Shown here one piece after another: positions 50,313 to 60,208 of a stretch of 64,000 nucleotides of DNA. Below the pieces are notes generated by a model. The model was given only the letters and a program-made list of their open reading frames with translations, made no database searches and was not told the DNA's origin. Numbering within the stretch: the stretch's first letter is position 1; every line of letters starts with the position of its first letter. Origin of the DNA: Patescibacteria group bacterium (GTDB lineage: Bacteria; Patescibacteriota; Minisyncoccia; Phycocordibacterales; SBAW01). Made by a program: the position numbers and the translations under genes. The DNA lies in assembly GCA_028866155.1 (NCBI GenBank), contig JAGWIT010000001.1, positions 165 to 64,164 on the forward strand, written 5' to 3'.

Positions 50313-51359
50313 CTACTTGTCGCCAGCGATGGCGTCGCGGAGATCTGCATAGTAGGAATCCGGCACGGGGGTGTTGACCTTCTTGTCCACGGCATCGGCT
50401 CTGTCGTTGAGACTGCGGATGTCAGACTTCAGGCCATCAACCGACTGAGTGATGCTATCGACGCTCCCCTTCAACTCTTTCGTCGACTCCTGTATTACCT
50501 CAGCAAGCTTGCTGATGTCATCGGGAGTAACCGAGGGAGTCGTAGTCTCGACTTTTGTCATTTGTTGCTGCTGCTTGCCGTCCTGCGTTTTTGGTGAAAT
50601 GCTGTACCACTGAAGCCCCAGTGCCACAACCAAGATTACACAGGCCACAACAGCAATACGCCCAGAGCCAACCTTGGGACTTTGAATCCGCGGGGCAGCC
50701 GAAGCGCGCCTGCGCGCGCGCCAGCTTTGAAGGCGTTCGCGCATACTTCGAAACAGCCACGAAACGCCGCGGCCGAGCTTGACCGCACCGTTTCGAAAGC
50801 GCTCGAACCAGCTCGGTTTAATGGCAATCTCGTCGGGCTTTTTCGGCCGAATCGTCCCGATATCCTCCATTTTCAACTTTTGGATTTCATCCTTGACCGA
50901 ACGCATTTCGGCAATTACGCCTTTAAATTGGTCGGCCAACAAGATAAGCACCCCGTTGAGATGTTTGTTCTCGTCGGAAAAAAGCGCCGCAATCCGCACA
51001 TCGAGCTTGCGGAAAAGTTGTTCGTGAAGTTCTTCTTCGTACTTGAGGATGTCCTTCCAATGCGTGGTTGGATCCTCCAGATAGATCTTGAGCGCGTCAA
51101 TGATGCTGGCGAGCCTTTCGACTTCACCTCTGAGTTCACTGATCGTCTTTTCGACCCTCTGAGTTTGGGCCTGTCGCTCATAAATCTCGACCTGGTTTAT
51201 AGCCTTAGAGATGTCAGCCTTGATCTCGGGGACGTGGTTTTTAAATGGCGACTCGGCGTATGGGCCTTTCGGCTCGCCCGCTTTATTCACCTGCCGCCAC
51301 GAACCATTTTTATCTTGCGCGACGCGCTGACCATGGGCGTTGATATGAATCTTAGCCAT
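50313..51359 (-). CDS. Orphan coiled-coil single-pass membrane protein
   Basis: Heptad-rich regions on both sides of one TM; GAAAGGA RBS. Confidence 0.75.
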   Translation of the reverse strand: MAKIHINAHGQRVAQDKNGSWRQVNKAGEPKGPYAESPFKNHVPEIKADISKAINQVEIYERQAQTQRVEKTISELRGEVERLASIIDALKIYLEDPTTHWKDILKYEEELHEQLFRKLDVRIAALFSDENKHLNGVLILLADQFKGVIAEMRSVKDEIQKLKMEDIGTIRPKKPDEIAIKPSWFERFRNGAVKLGRGVSWLFRSMRERLQSWRARRRASAAPRIQSPKVGSGRIAVVACVILVVALGLQWYSISPKTQDGKQQQQMTKVETTTPSVTPDDISKLAEVIQESTKELKGSVDSITQSVDGLKSDIRSLNDRADAVDKKVNTPVPDSYYADLRDAIAGDK

Positions 51360-51536
51360 TTTGCTTCCTTTCTATCCCGCAATGCGGGAGTTGTGATGAA
51401 CTTCATCCGGCGATTAACCTGCCCCCACCGGTGTTGGGGGTTCCTCTAAACCACAAGTGGTTTACAGGAACATATGCGACCACCTACAAAATAGATGAGC
51501 GAATATGAACCAATAAAGAATTAAAAAGAAATTCCT

Positions 51537-51563
51537 GCGAGGCGCCGAGCTTTGGCGCCTCGC
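51537..51563 (-). terminator. Hairpin downstream of the 51571-52125 gene
   Basis: GCGAGGCGCC-gagcttt-GGCGCCTCGC. Confidence 0.6.
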
Positions 51564-51570
51564 GAGAAAG

Positions 51571-52125
51571 TTAGTGACCTTTGATGGGAAGATCGCCCCA
51601 ACGTGCCCCGAAGCTCACGCCTGTCTTAACGATAACCGTTTGGTTGAGTGCTCCCTCGGTGAACTGCTCTTGCTCGGTCGGCCAACGTTGTGCCTCCGGC
51701 CACTCAAGCGCTTTGAGAGCTAGTTGTGGATCGGGCCAGGCAGTATGTTTGGGCGCTTCTTTCTTTGTCTCCTCTTTTGGGGGCATTGGCAAAGCCGCCG
51801 TCTGTTTTACCGCTTGAGGAGGCTGAGTCTTTTGCATTTGCTGCGACTTTTCTGCAGCCTCGTTGACCGCCACACAGTGCTCGGCCACGCCCGAAATCAC
51901 ATGGTCGAGCGTTCCCCAAGAACTCGCAAGGAATGCGTAGATGAGAGAGTCGGGATACTGTTTGTCTGGCTGGCAGCGGTGTATGGCTGCATACCGTTTG
52001 CCATACGCAAACGACCAGTCATGTTTTTGCTGGATGGTCAACGTCTCCCAGGTCTGTTGATCCATCGCCGACGCAGTTGCCGCCGCCGCAAAAAACAGTA
52101 GTACAACAAGCATGAGATTTTTCAT
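51571..52125 (-). CDS. Orphan secreted protein
   Basis: AGGAGGAG RBS; signal peptide MKNLMLVVLLFFAAAATASA. Confidence 0.75.
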   Translation of the reverse strand: MKNLMLVVLLFFAAAATASAMDQQTWETLTIQQKHDWSFAYGKRYAAIHRCQPDKQYPDSLIYAFLASSWGTLDHVISGVAEHCVAVNEAAEKSQQMQKTQPPQAVKQTAALPMPPKEETKKEAPKHTAWPDPQLALKALEWPEAQRWPTEQEQFTEGALNQTVIVKTGVSFGARWGDLPIKGH

Positions 52126-52214
52126 CTCGTACTCCTCCTTTCTGCTTCCTGTGTTGTGAAGAACTACCTCTTTTTGCAGAGGCATAGCCGCGCGCCCCTC
52201 GAAGTAAATAGGAT

Positions 52215-52856
52215 TTACCTCGGGACGAGCGAGTATGCCCCTACAAAGTCGGCTGAGACGACGAACCGGTTGGTCTTGTCGGCGAACGAGTCGCACGTCG
52301 AGAGCACGAGGTGTCTGCCATCCGTCGGAAGTTCTACCACATCCTCGGTGGCATCGGCAACCCTCACGCCAACGACGCTGTAGCGATACTCGGTGGTGTC
52401 CGAGTAAACGCTCACGATGTCGCCGGTCTTGAGATTCTGGATGCCGTCGAAGGTTTTGTAGTACTGGTGATAGACAATAGGCAGGTAGGACGAATGGCCG
52501 AAGAGATACACCGTGCCGTCAACGCCAAGAAGCGATGAAGTCGGGTAGCGCACCGCTCCCTGCGTGAGCGCATCGTCCAAAATGCCGGCATCGGTCGACA
52601 CCGGATTTTGTACCGCGACATCCAGACCGATCGACTTGGCAACCACGCGGACAGGGTTCTCGGGTTGGTCGGCTGCGGCAGGCGTGTTGGTGGTTTGCGG
52701 CGCGTTCGCCGAGTCCGTAGAGTTAAGCGGGTTTGGAGTTGCACCCACCGCCGCCAGAAACGCGGATGTGCCGACGAACATGAGTAAAAACACCGCCGCA
52801 AAGGCAAACGGGTGTTCAGAAATGTGGAAGATGGCTCCTTGGCCGGGGCGCTCCAT
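52215..52856 (-). CDS. Sortase
   Basis: N-terminal TM; His (FGHSSY), Cys (LSTC), Arg (NRFVV) triad; TTGACA-N17-TAGGCT upstream. Confidence 0.9.
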   Translation of the reverse strand: MERPGQGAIFHISEHPFAFAAVFLLMFVGTSAFLAAVGATPNPLNSTDSANAPQTTNTPAAADQPENPVRVVAKSIGLDVAVQNPVSTDAGILDDALTQGAVRYPTSSLLGVDGTVYLFGHSSYLPIVYHQYYKTFDGIQNLKTGDIVSVYSDTTEYRYSVVGVRVADATEDVVELPTDGRHLVLSTCDSFADKTNRFVVSADFVGAYSLVPR

Positions 52857-52962
52857 AGCGGTGAATAGCCTACACTATTTAACCATATTTGTCAATGCCC
52901 TCTACTAGGCAATAATTGCGAGAACTTGACAAGCAAACGGCGCTATGGTAGCTTTGCGCCGT

Positions 52963-54030
52963 ATGGAAACACAAGAGAAGCCCTCCGTGTGGGACATATT
53001 TCTCCGGACTATTGCGGTCTTGGGGCTCATCGCCGTCTTATTGCTCGGCGCATGGGGCATTATCCAACTTGCAGTCTCGCTCCCCTCTGTTTTCGGCGGC
53101 ATCGGCAACAGCGTTTCGTCGCTCTTCAGCGGCGGCGCTCACAAAGAGACGCTCGCGGTCTCGGCGCCTTCGAGCGCCGCCTCAAGCCAGCAGATTACCG
53201 TGTCATGGACGCACCAAAACGGCAACGGTGATTATGCATACTCTCTCTCTTACGCCTGCCAAAACGGACTCTCGCTTAAGGCGCCCCTCCCCACCGGCAG
53301 CTACCAAACTATCGCCTGCAACACGCCGTTTAATTTCGTGAATGCAAGCGCACACATGATTGTCATCCCGGTGGCGAGCGTCTCGCAACCTGTCCCGCTC
53401 ACGCTCACCGTTACGGCAACACAGCTCTCGACCGGAGCAATCACTACGACCGGTTCGGCGACGACCAACATCACCGGCACCGCGACGCAGCCGAAGACCA
53501 GCGCCTACACCTCGCCCGCTCCGACCATGTCATACCAGCCGGCTCCGGTGCGCGCGACGCTCTACGGCTACCCCGACCTCGCGGTCCGCTATGTCGGCGT
53601 CGTGCCGCAAGGCGGTCTCACCGCGCTTCAGTTTAGCGTCGAGAACAACGGCACCAACGTGACGCCCGCGGGCTGGACATTTAACGCACAGCTGCCGGTT
53701 AACGGCGGATACACGTTCGTGAGCCAGCCGCAGCAGGCGCTCTATCCGGGCGACAAGATCCTCTACACATTGAGCTTCCAAACGCCGAGCCAATATCAAA
53801 CCGGCTATCCGTACGGGTACACCTCAAACGGATATGGCTATACGGGACAAGGCAGCTATGCCTGCAGCGGCTATATCCCCTGCATACCGCCGACGCAGTA
53901 CGGATATCCGTATCAAAATTATGGATACGGCTACACCGGCAGCGTAACGATAATGGTTGACCCGTACAACTACATCCCAGAGCTCAACAAAATAAACAAC
54001 CGACTCACGGTCCCCCTCTCGGTGTACTAA
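52963..54030 (+). CDS. Membrane-anchored surface protein with Ig/CARDB-like domain and Tyr/Gly-rich insert
   Basis: TM; PDLAV..VENNG..VDPYNYIPELNKINN; YGY-rich segment. Confidence 0.75.
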   Translation: METQEKPSVWDIFLRTIAVLGLIAVLLLGAWGIIQLAVSLPSVFGGIGNSVSSLFSGGAHKETLAVSAPSSAASSQQITVSWTHQNGNGDYAYSLSYACQNGLSLKAPLPTGSYQTIACNTPFNFVNASAHMIVIPVASVSQPVPLTLTVTATQLSTGAITTTGSATTNITGTATQPKTSAYTSPAPTMSYQPAPVRATLYGYPDLAVRYVGVVPQGGLTALQFSVENNGTNVTPAGWTFNAQLPVNGGYTFVSQPQQALYPGDKILYTLSFQTPSQYQTGYPYGYTSNGYGYTGQGSYACSGYIPCIPPTQYGYPYQNYGYGYTGSVTIMVDPYNYIPELNKINNRLTVPLSVY

Positions 54031-54068
54031 TCGAAACTTATATCCTCTGCTTATATTTAAACTTGGAC

Positions 54069-56177
54069 TTAGATGTCCAAGTTTGCGAGCTTGGCGTTGC
54101 CTTGGATAAAGCTTTTGCGCGAGGAGACGTCCTCGCCCATGAGTATGTCAAAGACGCGATCGGCGTCGGCGGCATCGTCGATGTTGACCTGCTTTAAGAC
54201 GCGGCGCGCCGGGTCCATGGTTGTCTCCCACAGCTCCTCGGGGTTCATTTCGCCCAAGCCTTTGTAGCGCTGGATGGAGATTTTAGGTGATTTTTTAGCA
54301 GTCGTTTCTTCTTCTGTTTCCTCATCGCCCTCACCCTCCACAGTTTCAGCGCCGGAGGGGCCTTCTATCGGCTCGACTTCCTGCACTTTGTCGGCGTCTT
54401 TGCCCAAGAGCACGTTTTTCTCCGCGTCCGAGTAGACATAATGTATTTCTTTGCCGCGCTTAATTTTGTAGAGCGGCGGTTGGGCGATATAGACAAAGCC
54501 ACCTTCGATGACCGGCTTGAAGTGGCGGAAGAAGAGCGTGAGCAGGAGCGTGCGGATGTGCGCGCCGTCGACGTCGGCGTCGGTCGCGATGATTATTTTG
54601 TGATAGCGGAGCTTTGAAATATCAAAAATGTCGCCGATGGCTGTGCCAAGCGCGAGTATCAGATGCTTGATTTCTTGCGAAGCGAGCATTTTGTCGAGGC
54701 GCGCACGCTCGACATTGAGGATTTTGCCGCGAAGCGGGAGGATAGCCTGCGTCCTGCGGTCGCGGCCCTGCTTGCTTGAGCCGCCGGCCGAGTCTCCCTC
54801 GACTATGAACAGCTCCGACTCGCTCGCCTCTTTGCTCTGGCAGTCGGCAAGCTTGCCTGGCAGGCCAAAGCCCTCCAAAGCACCCTTGCGTAGGACCGAA
54901 TCTTTGGCGGCTTTGGCGGCTTTGCGCGCTTTGAGCGCGAGGATGGATTTGGAGATGATGGCGCGCGCGTCTTCGGGATTTTCCTCCAAAAACATATTGA
55001 ACGCTTCGCTAAAGACTGTCGCGACCGCGCTCTGCGCCTCGACCGAGCCCAGCTTGCTTTTGGTCTGGCCCTCGAACTGTATTTCGCGCAGTTTTACCGA
55101 GACGACGGCGGTCAAACCCTCGAGCACGTCGTCGCCGGTGAAGTTCTCCTCGGATTCTTTGAGCACATTTGCTTTGCGCGCGTAAGCATTGAGCGTGCGC
55201 GTGAGCGAGGTGCGGAAGCCCGTGATATGCGTGCCGCCTTCGCTGTTGTAGATGTTGTTGGCAAAGGGGAACACGCGCGACGAAATGTCATCGACATATT
55301 GGAGCGCTATTTCGACATCCACGCCGTCCTGCTCCTTCTCTATATAAAAGATATTTTTGTGGATCGGCTTTTGGTAGCGGTTATAAAACGAGATGAGCGA
55401 GCGCAGGCCGCCTTCGAAGTAAAAGGTCTGCGAAGGCGAGTTGCTCAGATAGCCGCGGATATAAAGCTCTTTGCCAACCTCGGTGAATTTTATGCCCGAC
55501 TCGCGCGCGTCGATGATGGTGATGCGCAAGCCTTTGACCAAATAGGCCTGCTCGCGCAGATGTGCCACGACCTTGTCGAAGTCGTACTCTATTTTGTTGA
55601 AGATACCCGGATCGGCCGAGTAGGTGATGACGGTGCCGTGGAGCTTCGAGCTCCCCACTTTTTTGACCGCTGATTTCTTTTTGCCGAGCGCATATTCCTG
55701 CACATAGGCGCCGCCGTCGCGATGCACCTCGGCGCGCAGCCAGCTTGAGAGCGCGTTGACGACCGAAACGCCCACACCGTGGAGGCCTCCCGATACTTTG
55801 TAGCCCTCGCCGCCGAACTTGCCGCCGGCGTGGAGCGTCGTCATCACCGTCTCGAGCGCCGAGACTTTGGTCTGCTTGTGGATGTCTACCGGGATGCCGC
55901 GGCCGTTGTCGGCAACGCGGATAAGTGCTCCTTGCCCTGAGGGATTCGAAGGGTCTGGCAGGAGCACGACTTCGATGTCGTTGGCAAAGCCGCCCATCGC
56001 CTCGTCGCGCGAATTGTCGAAGACCTCCCAGATGAGGTGGTGGAGGCCGTCAGGGCCGGTCGTGCCGATGTACATGCCGGGCCGGCGGCGCACGGCCTCG
56101 AGTCCTTCAAGGACGGTGATGGCCGATGCGTCATAACTGCCTTTTTTTTCTTTATTTTTTAGATCTTTTTCTGCCAC
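54069..56177 (-). CDS. gyrB: DNA gyrase subunit B
   Basis: RRPGMYIG, DNGRGIP, HAGGKF, VEGDSAGG, DADVDG, QRYKGLGEM. Confidence 0.96.
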   Translation of the reverse strand: MAEKDLKNKEKKGSYDASAITVLEGLEAVRRRPGMYIGTTGPDGLHHLIWEVFDNSRDEAMGGFANDIEVVLLPDPSNPSGQGALIRVADNGRGIPVDIHKQTKVSALETVMTTLHAGGKFGGEGYKVSGGLHGVGVSVVNALSSWLRAEVHRDGGAYVQEYALGKKKSAVKKVGSSKLHGTVITYSADPGIFNKIEYDFDKVVAHLREQAYLVKGLRITIIDARESGIKFTEVGKELYIRGYLSNSPSQTFYFEGGLRSLISFYNRYQKPIHKNIFYIEKEQDGVDVEIALQYVDDISSRVFPFANNIYNSEGGTHITGFRTSLTRTLNAYARKANVLKESEENFTGDDVLEGLTAVVSVKLREIQFEGQTKSKLGSVEAQSAVATVFSEAFNMFLEENPEDARAIISKSILALKARKAAKAAKDSVLRKGALEGFGLPGKLADCQSKEASESELFIVEGDSAGGSSKQGRDRRTQAILPLRGKILNVERARLDKMLASQEIKHLILALGTAIGDIFDISKLRYHKIIIATDADVDGAHIRTLLLTLFFRHFKPVIEGGFVYIAQPPLYKIKRGKEIHYVYSDAEKNVLLGKDADKVQEVEPIEGPSGAETVEGEGDEETEEETTAKKSPKISIQRYKGLGEMNPEELWETTMDPARRVLKQVNIDDAADADRVFDILMGEDVSSRKSFIQGNAKLANLDI

Positions 56178-56306
56178 AAAAGTAAAAATCCTCAGGGCAG
56201 GATTTGCCTTTTATTCTATCAGAAATAGAAAGGTTTGGGAAGCTCGCGAGTGGATAAAAAGTATTGCAAAATAAGGATAAAATAGTGCTTTGCGGCCGGG
56301 TGCTTT

Positions 56307-58145
56307 TTACCTGATTTCGAAGCCCTTTTCTTTGAGCGCGGCGGAGATTTTGTCCATAATCGCGTTCACTTCAATTTCGGTGAGCGTGCGGTCGAAGGAT
56401 TGAAAGATGAGGCGGTATGCAACCGACATCCTCCCCTCTTTTTCAAATTTATCAAAATATGTTCCTCCAGATATAAATATTCGAAGCCCAAGTGACTGCG
56501 GCCCAGTAAGCACATCAGTAATTATTGAACCAACACCGTGTTCGTCATAACCTTCTGGCTTCCATAAAGCAATATCACGTACGATATACGGATATTTTGA
56601 GAACGGTTGGTAACGCGTTGCTTGGGAGAGCGGGAGCTCGTCGTAGTATGACCGCTGGTCAAGCGGCTTTTGATAGGAGCTCAGCGGGATTTCTTTTGCC
56701 TCTTCTTTTTCGCCGACGGTGCCGACCATTATCTCTTCTTTGCCGCCCTGCCATACGGCACCTATCTCGAACAGTTTTATTTCCGGCAGATTCAGCAGAT
56801 ATTTATTGGGGATGTTTTTTTGGAGCGCTTCTTTGAGATTCTCGACGAGCGTTGAGCGCAGGTAGGGCTTGGTGCCGTCGACCTTGTTGAGCACGATGCG
56901 CTCGCCTTTGTCAGCAAAAACCGACGTATACACCTCGCTGTACCCTTGCGTCATCAAATCCTCACGGACCTTTTCGCTCCAATAAAAAGCCGGGTTGAGC
57001 TCGGGCTCCATGTCGGCAGGCGGCAATTCTTTGGCGGGAATTTTGTCATATCCGATGATGCGCGCCGCTTCTTCTATAAGATCCTCTTCTATCAAAAGAT
57101 CGAGCCGCTGGAACGGGATCTCAACGGTGACCGTGTCGTCCTGCTTTTGATACTTAAAACCCAGCCGCTCGAACGCGCGGATGATATCGCTCTGTGCGAT
57201 TGAGCTGCCGAGCAGGCGCCGCGCATGCGCGATTGAGAGCGCCACGGCGGAGGGCTTTTGCGGGATATTATACTTATCGACAAAACCTATCAGCTCCCCG
57301 TCGGCGAGTTTTTGTATCAGCTCGGCCACAGCCTGCATGCCAAAGCCCGCCAACTCGGGCGAGAGACCTTGCTCGAAGCGAGCGCTCGCGTCGGTGCGCA
57401 GCTTCAGCGCCTGTGCGGAACGGCGCACCGCAGAGCCGTCAAAATTGGCCGACTCAATGATGATGTCTTTGGTGGTCTCATCAATTGCGGCCGGCATACC
57501 TCCCTTGACTCCCGCTATGCCGACCGGCGCGCCCCCGGCGGTAATAACAGGCATGGAGTCTTTGAGCACGTAGCTTTTCTTGTCGAGCGCCACCACCACC
57601 ACCTCGCCGTCTTTGGCCGCGCGCACGCCGATATCGAGGCTGCCGAGCTTGCCCGCGTCGAACGCATGCAGCGGCTGGCCCAGGTTGAACATCACAAAGT
57701 TGGTCGCATCAACAATGTTATTAATTGAACGCTGACCCACTGCCGTCAGTCTGTCCTGCAGCCACTGCGGCGAAGGCTCGACTTTTACATTTTTAATGTA
57801 GCCGGCAATGTAACGCGGGCACAATTCTGCAGTCTCTATCGAAACAGACACCACATCGGTTTTTGGCAGCAGCGCGGGCTTTTGGGCAAGCGGGTCATGC
57901 GCGAGCGGGATATTGAGTATCGCCGAAAGCTCTCCCGCGACCCCGCGGTGCGAGAGCGCATCGTGCCCGCGGTTGGGGGTTATTTTGACATCAAGCACTT
58001 GATCTTCTATGTTAGACCCACGAGGTCGAACAGTTTCGATACCCTCAATTTCGAATGCATGGAACGTGAGCGCTTCGGCAAGAGCCTCAGCATTTGGCAA
58101 CGCTGTGTCGAAAAATTTAGTGAGCCAGAGGCGCGAGACTTTCAT
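56307..58145 (-). CDS. pheT: Phenylalanine--tRNA ligase beta subunit (short)
   Basis: TPNRG, B3/4 domain, EEAARIIGY, C-terminal RDIA...RTL. Confidence 0.93.
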   Translation of the reverse strand: MKVSRLWLTKFFDTALPNAEALAEALTFHAFEIEGIETVRPRGSNIEDQVLDVKITPNRGHDALSHRGVAGELSAILNIPLAHDPLAQKPALLPKTDVVSVSIETAELCPRYIAGYIKNVKVEPSPQWLQDRLTAVGQRSINNIVDATNFVMFNLGQPLHAFDAGKLGSLDIGVRAAKDGEVVVVALDKKSYVLKDSMPVITAGGAPVGIAGVKGGMPAAIDETTKDIIIESANFDGSAVRRSAQALKLRTDASARFEQGLSPELAGFGMQAVAELIQKLADGELIGFVDKYNIPQKPSAVALSIAHARRLLGSSIAQSDIIRAFERLGFKYQKQDDTVTVEIPFQRLDLLIEEDLIEEAARIIGYDKIPAKELPPADMEPELNPAFYWSEKVREDLMTQGYSEVYTSVFADKGERIVLNKVDGTKPYLRSTLVENLKEALQKNIPNKYLLNLPEIKLFEIGAVWQGGKEEIMVGTVGEKEEAKEIPLSSYQKPLDQRSYYDELPLSQATRYQPFSKYPYIVRDIALWKPEGYDEHGVGSIITDVLTGPQSLGLRIFISGGTYFDKFEKEGRMSVAYRLIFQSFDRTLTEIEVNAIMDKISAALKEKGFEIR

Positions 58146-58146
58146 A

Positions 58147-58917
58147 TTAAAATTGGTCGATGAAGCGCAGGTCGGCCGAGTGCATCAGGCGCACGTCGTC
58201 TATGCCCCAGCGCAAGAGCGCCAAGCGGTCGAGTCCCATGCCGAAGGCAAACCCGCGGTAGAGGCTCGGGTCGAGTCCGGAGTTCTCTAACACGTTCGGA
58301 TGCACCATGCCGGCGCCCATCATCTCTATCCATTTGTCGCGCAGCTTCTCCGGCACCTGCTCGCCCACCAAACGCATATCTACCTCGACGCTCGGCTCGG
58401 TGAACGGAAAGAAGCTGGGGCGAAAGCGTATCTCGACCTGCGCAGTTTTGAACAGATCCTTAAAAAAATGTTCGAGCGTACCCTTAAGATGTTCAAGCGT
58501 GATATCTTTGCCGACCGCCAAACCCTCAATTTGAAAAAACTCCGCCTCATGCGTCATGTCAGTCGCCTCGTTGCGGAACACTTTGCCGGGGACGATGACG
58601 CGGTAAGGCGGCGCTATCCCCTTTTTTATCTGCAACTCCATGTAGCGCACCTGCACCGGCGAGGTGTGCGTGCGCAAAACCATCCCCGGCTCATCCTTGA
58701 TAAAGAACGTGTCCTGCATGTCGCGTGCAGGGTGGTCTTTGGGGACATTGAGCGCGTCAAAGTTGTACCACTCGGTCTCAACGAGCGGGCCTTCGGCAAA
58801 CGTGAAGCCCATTTGAAAGAATATCCGGTTGGCCTCGCGGATAAGCGAGGATATGGGGTGGATGTGGCCCAGCTTTTCGGCAGAAAGACCATTAGAAGCA
58901 GTGCGGCGTTCCATCAT
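58147..58917 (-). CDS. pheS: Phenylalanine--tRNA ligase alpha subunit (short)
   Basis: HPARDMQDTF, LRTHTS, FPFTEPS, GFAFGMG. Confidence 0.97.
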   Translation of the reverse strand: MMERRTASNGLSAEKLGHIHPISSLIREANRIFFQMGFTFAEGPLVETEWYNFDALNVPKDHPARDMQDTFFIKDEPGMVLRTHTSPVQVRYMELQIKKGIAPPYRVIVPGKVFRNEATDMTHEAEFFQIEGLAVGKDITLEHLKGTLEHFFKDLFKTAQVEIRFRPSFFPFTEPSVEVDMRLVGEQVPEKLRDKWIEMMGAGMVHPNVLENSGLDPSLYRGFAFGMGLDRLALLRWGIDDVRLMHSADLRFIDQF

Positions 58918-58959
58918 CGCAGTATAGCCATATTTTAGCAAAAATGGTATAGTTCACCC

Positions 58960-60195
58960 ATGGACATCTGGGCTCTGGGCATTTATGCGTCCCTCTTTTT
59001 GAGCCTTTATTTTGAGGTATTTTTGTTCATTTCTTTCTTTGAAAGAAGGCCTTACAAGAAGACACTCTTGAAGCCGCACCGCTACCCCACCGTATCAATG
59101 CTTGTGCCGTGCTTTAACGAAGAGCGAACTCTCGCGCAGACGGTCGACTCTTTGCTCGCGCTCGACTATCCGCAAGAAAAACTCGAGGTCGTCATCGTCG
59201 ATGACGGGTCAACCGACCGGACGCGCGCCATCGGCGAGGAGCTTGCGCGTAAAAATCCGCGGATAACTTTCATCCACAAAGAGAACGGCGGCAAATACAC
59301 GGCGCTCAACCTCGGGATAGAGCGCTCGACGGCGGAGTTGGTCGGATGCCTCGACGCCGACTCGTTCGTAGCACCGGACGCTCTTATCGAGGTGGTGAAG
59401 AGCCTTGAGGCCGACCCCGCCATTATGGCTGTCACGCCCGCGATGAAGGTCTATCGCCCGCGCACGATTTTAGAGGCTATGCAGGCGGTCGAATACACCT
59501 TTGGTATTTTTTATAAAAAAATGTTCGATAATCTGGCCGCGCTCAATGTTTTGCCGGGGCCGTTCTCAATCTACCGCCGCGATGTGTTTAAAAAAATAGG
59601 CCTCTTCCGCCATGCGCACAACACCGAGGACATGGAGATAGCGTTTCGCATGCATGCCAACGGGCTCAAAATAGTCAATGCGCATACGGCGTTCGTCTAC
59701 ACCACGGTGCCCAAAACAGTGCGCGGGCTTATCAAACAGCGCACGCGCTGGTCGCAGGGCTTTTTGCAGAACTCGCGCGACTACAAATATATGTACTTCA
59801 ACCCTCGCTACGGCAACTTCGGGATGCTGGTCCTGCCGCTCGGGCTCTCGGCGTTCGTGGGCGGGATATACACGGCCGGTTATACGCTCTACCGGAGCGC
59901 CAGCTTTGCCTGGATGCGCGTGAGCGACTTGTGGGCGACCGGCATCCCGCCGCACCTGCCGGTCGCGGCAAACTTTACGTGGTACTACATCAACACTAGC
60001 ATGATGGTGTTCCTTATCGTGGCGGTGTTTTGCATGACGATTGCCTCGATAGCGCTCGGACATCGGATAGCCCAGACCGAGCTTAGGGCCAGGTCGTTCG
60101 TATATTATTTTGCGTTGTTCGGATTTATAGCGCCCGTGTGGCTCGCGCGCGCCGCGGTGGGCGCGATGCTCTCGCGGGACGCCTCGTGGCGCTAG
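58960..60195 (+). CDS. Processive GT2 glycosyltransferase (PgaC/IcaA-like)
   Basis: DDGSTD, DAD, TED and QRTRW motifs; flanking TMs. Confidence 0.9.
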   Translation: MDIWALGIYASLFLSLYFEVFLFISFFERRPYKKTLLKPHRYPTVSMLVPCFNEERTLAQTVDSLLALDYPQEKLEVVIVDDGSTDRTRAIGEELARKNPRITFIHKENGGKYTALNLGIERSTAELVGCLDADSFVAPDALIEVVKSLEADPAIMAVTPAMKVYRPRTILEAMQAVEYTFGIFYKKMFDNLAALNVLPGPFSIYRRDVFKKIGLFRHAHNTEDMEIAFRMHANGLKIVNAHTAFVYTTVPKTVRGLIKQRTRWSQGFLQNSRDYKYMYFNPRYGNFGMLVLPLGLSAFVGGIYTAGYTLYRSASFAWMRVSDLWATGIPPHLPVAANFTWYYINTSMMVFLIVAVFCMTIASIALGHRIAQTELRARSFVYYFALFGFIAPVWLARAAVGAMLSRDASWR

Positions 60196-60208
60196 CCTAT
60201 TTTGCTTT

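Noticed and set aside
56249-56257. DnaA-box-like TTATCCACT upstream of gyrB (also TTATCCACC near 38246)
   Set aside because: Isolated imperfect matches, no cluster and no dnaA nearby.
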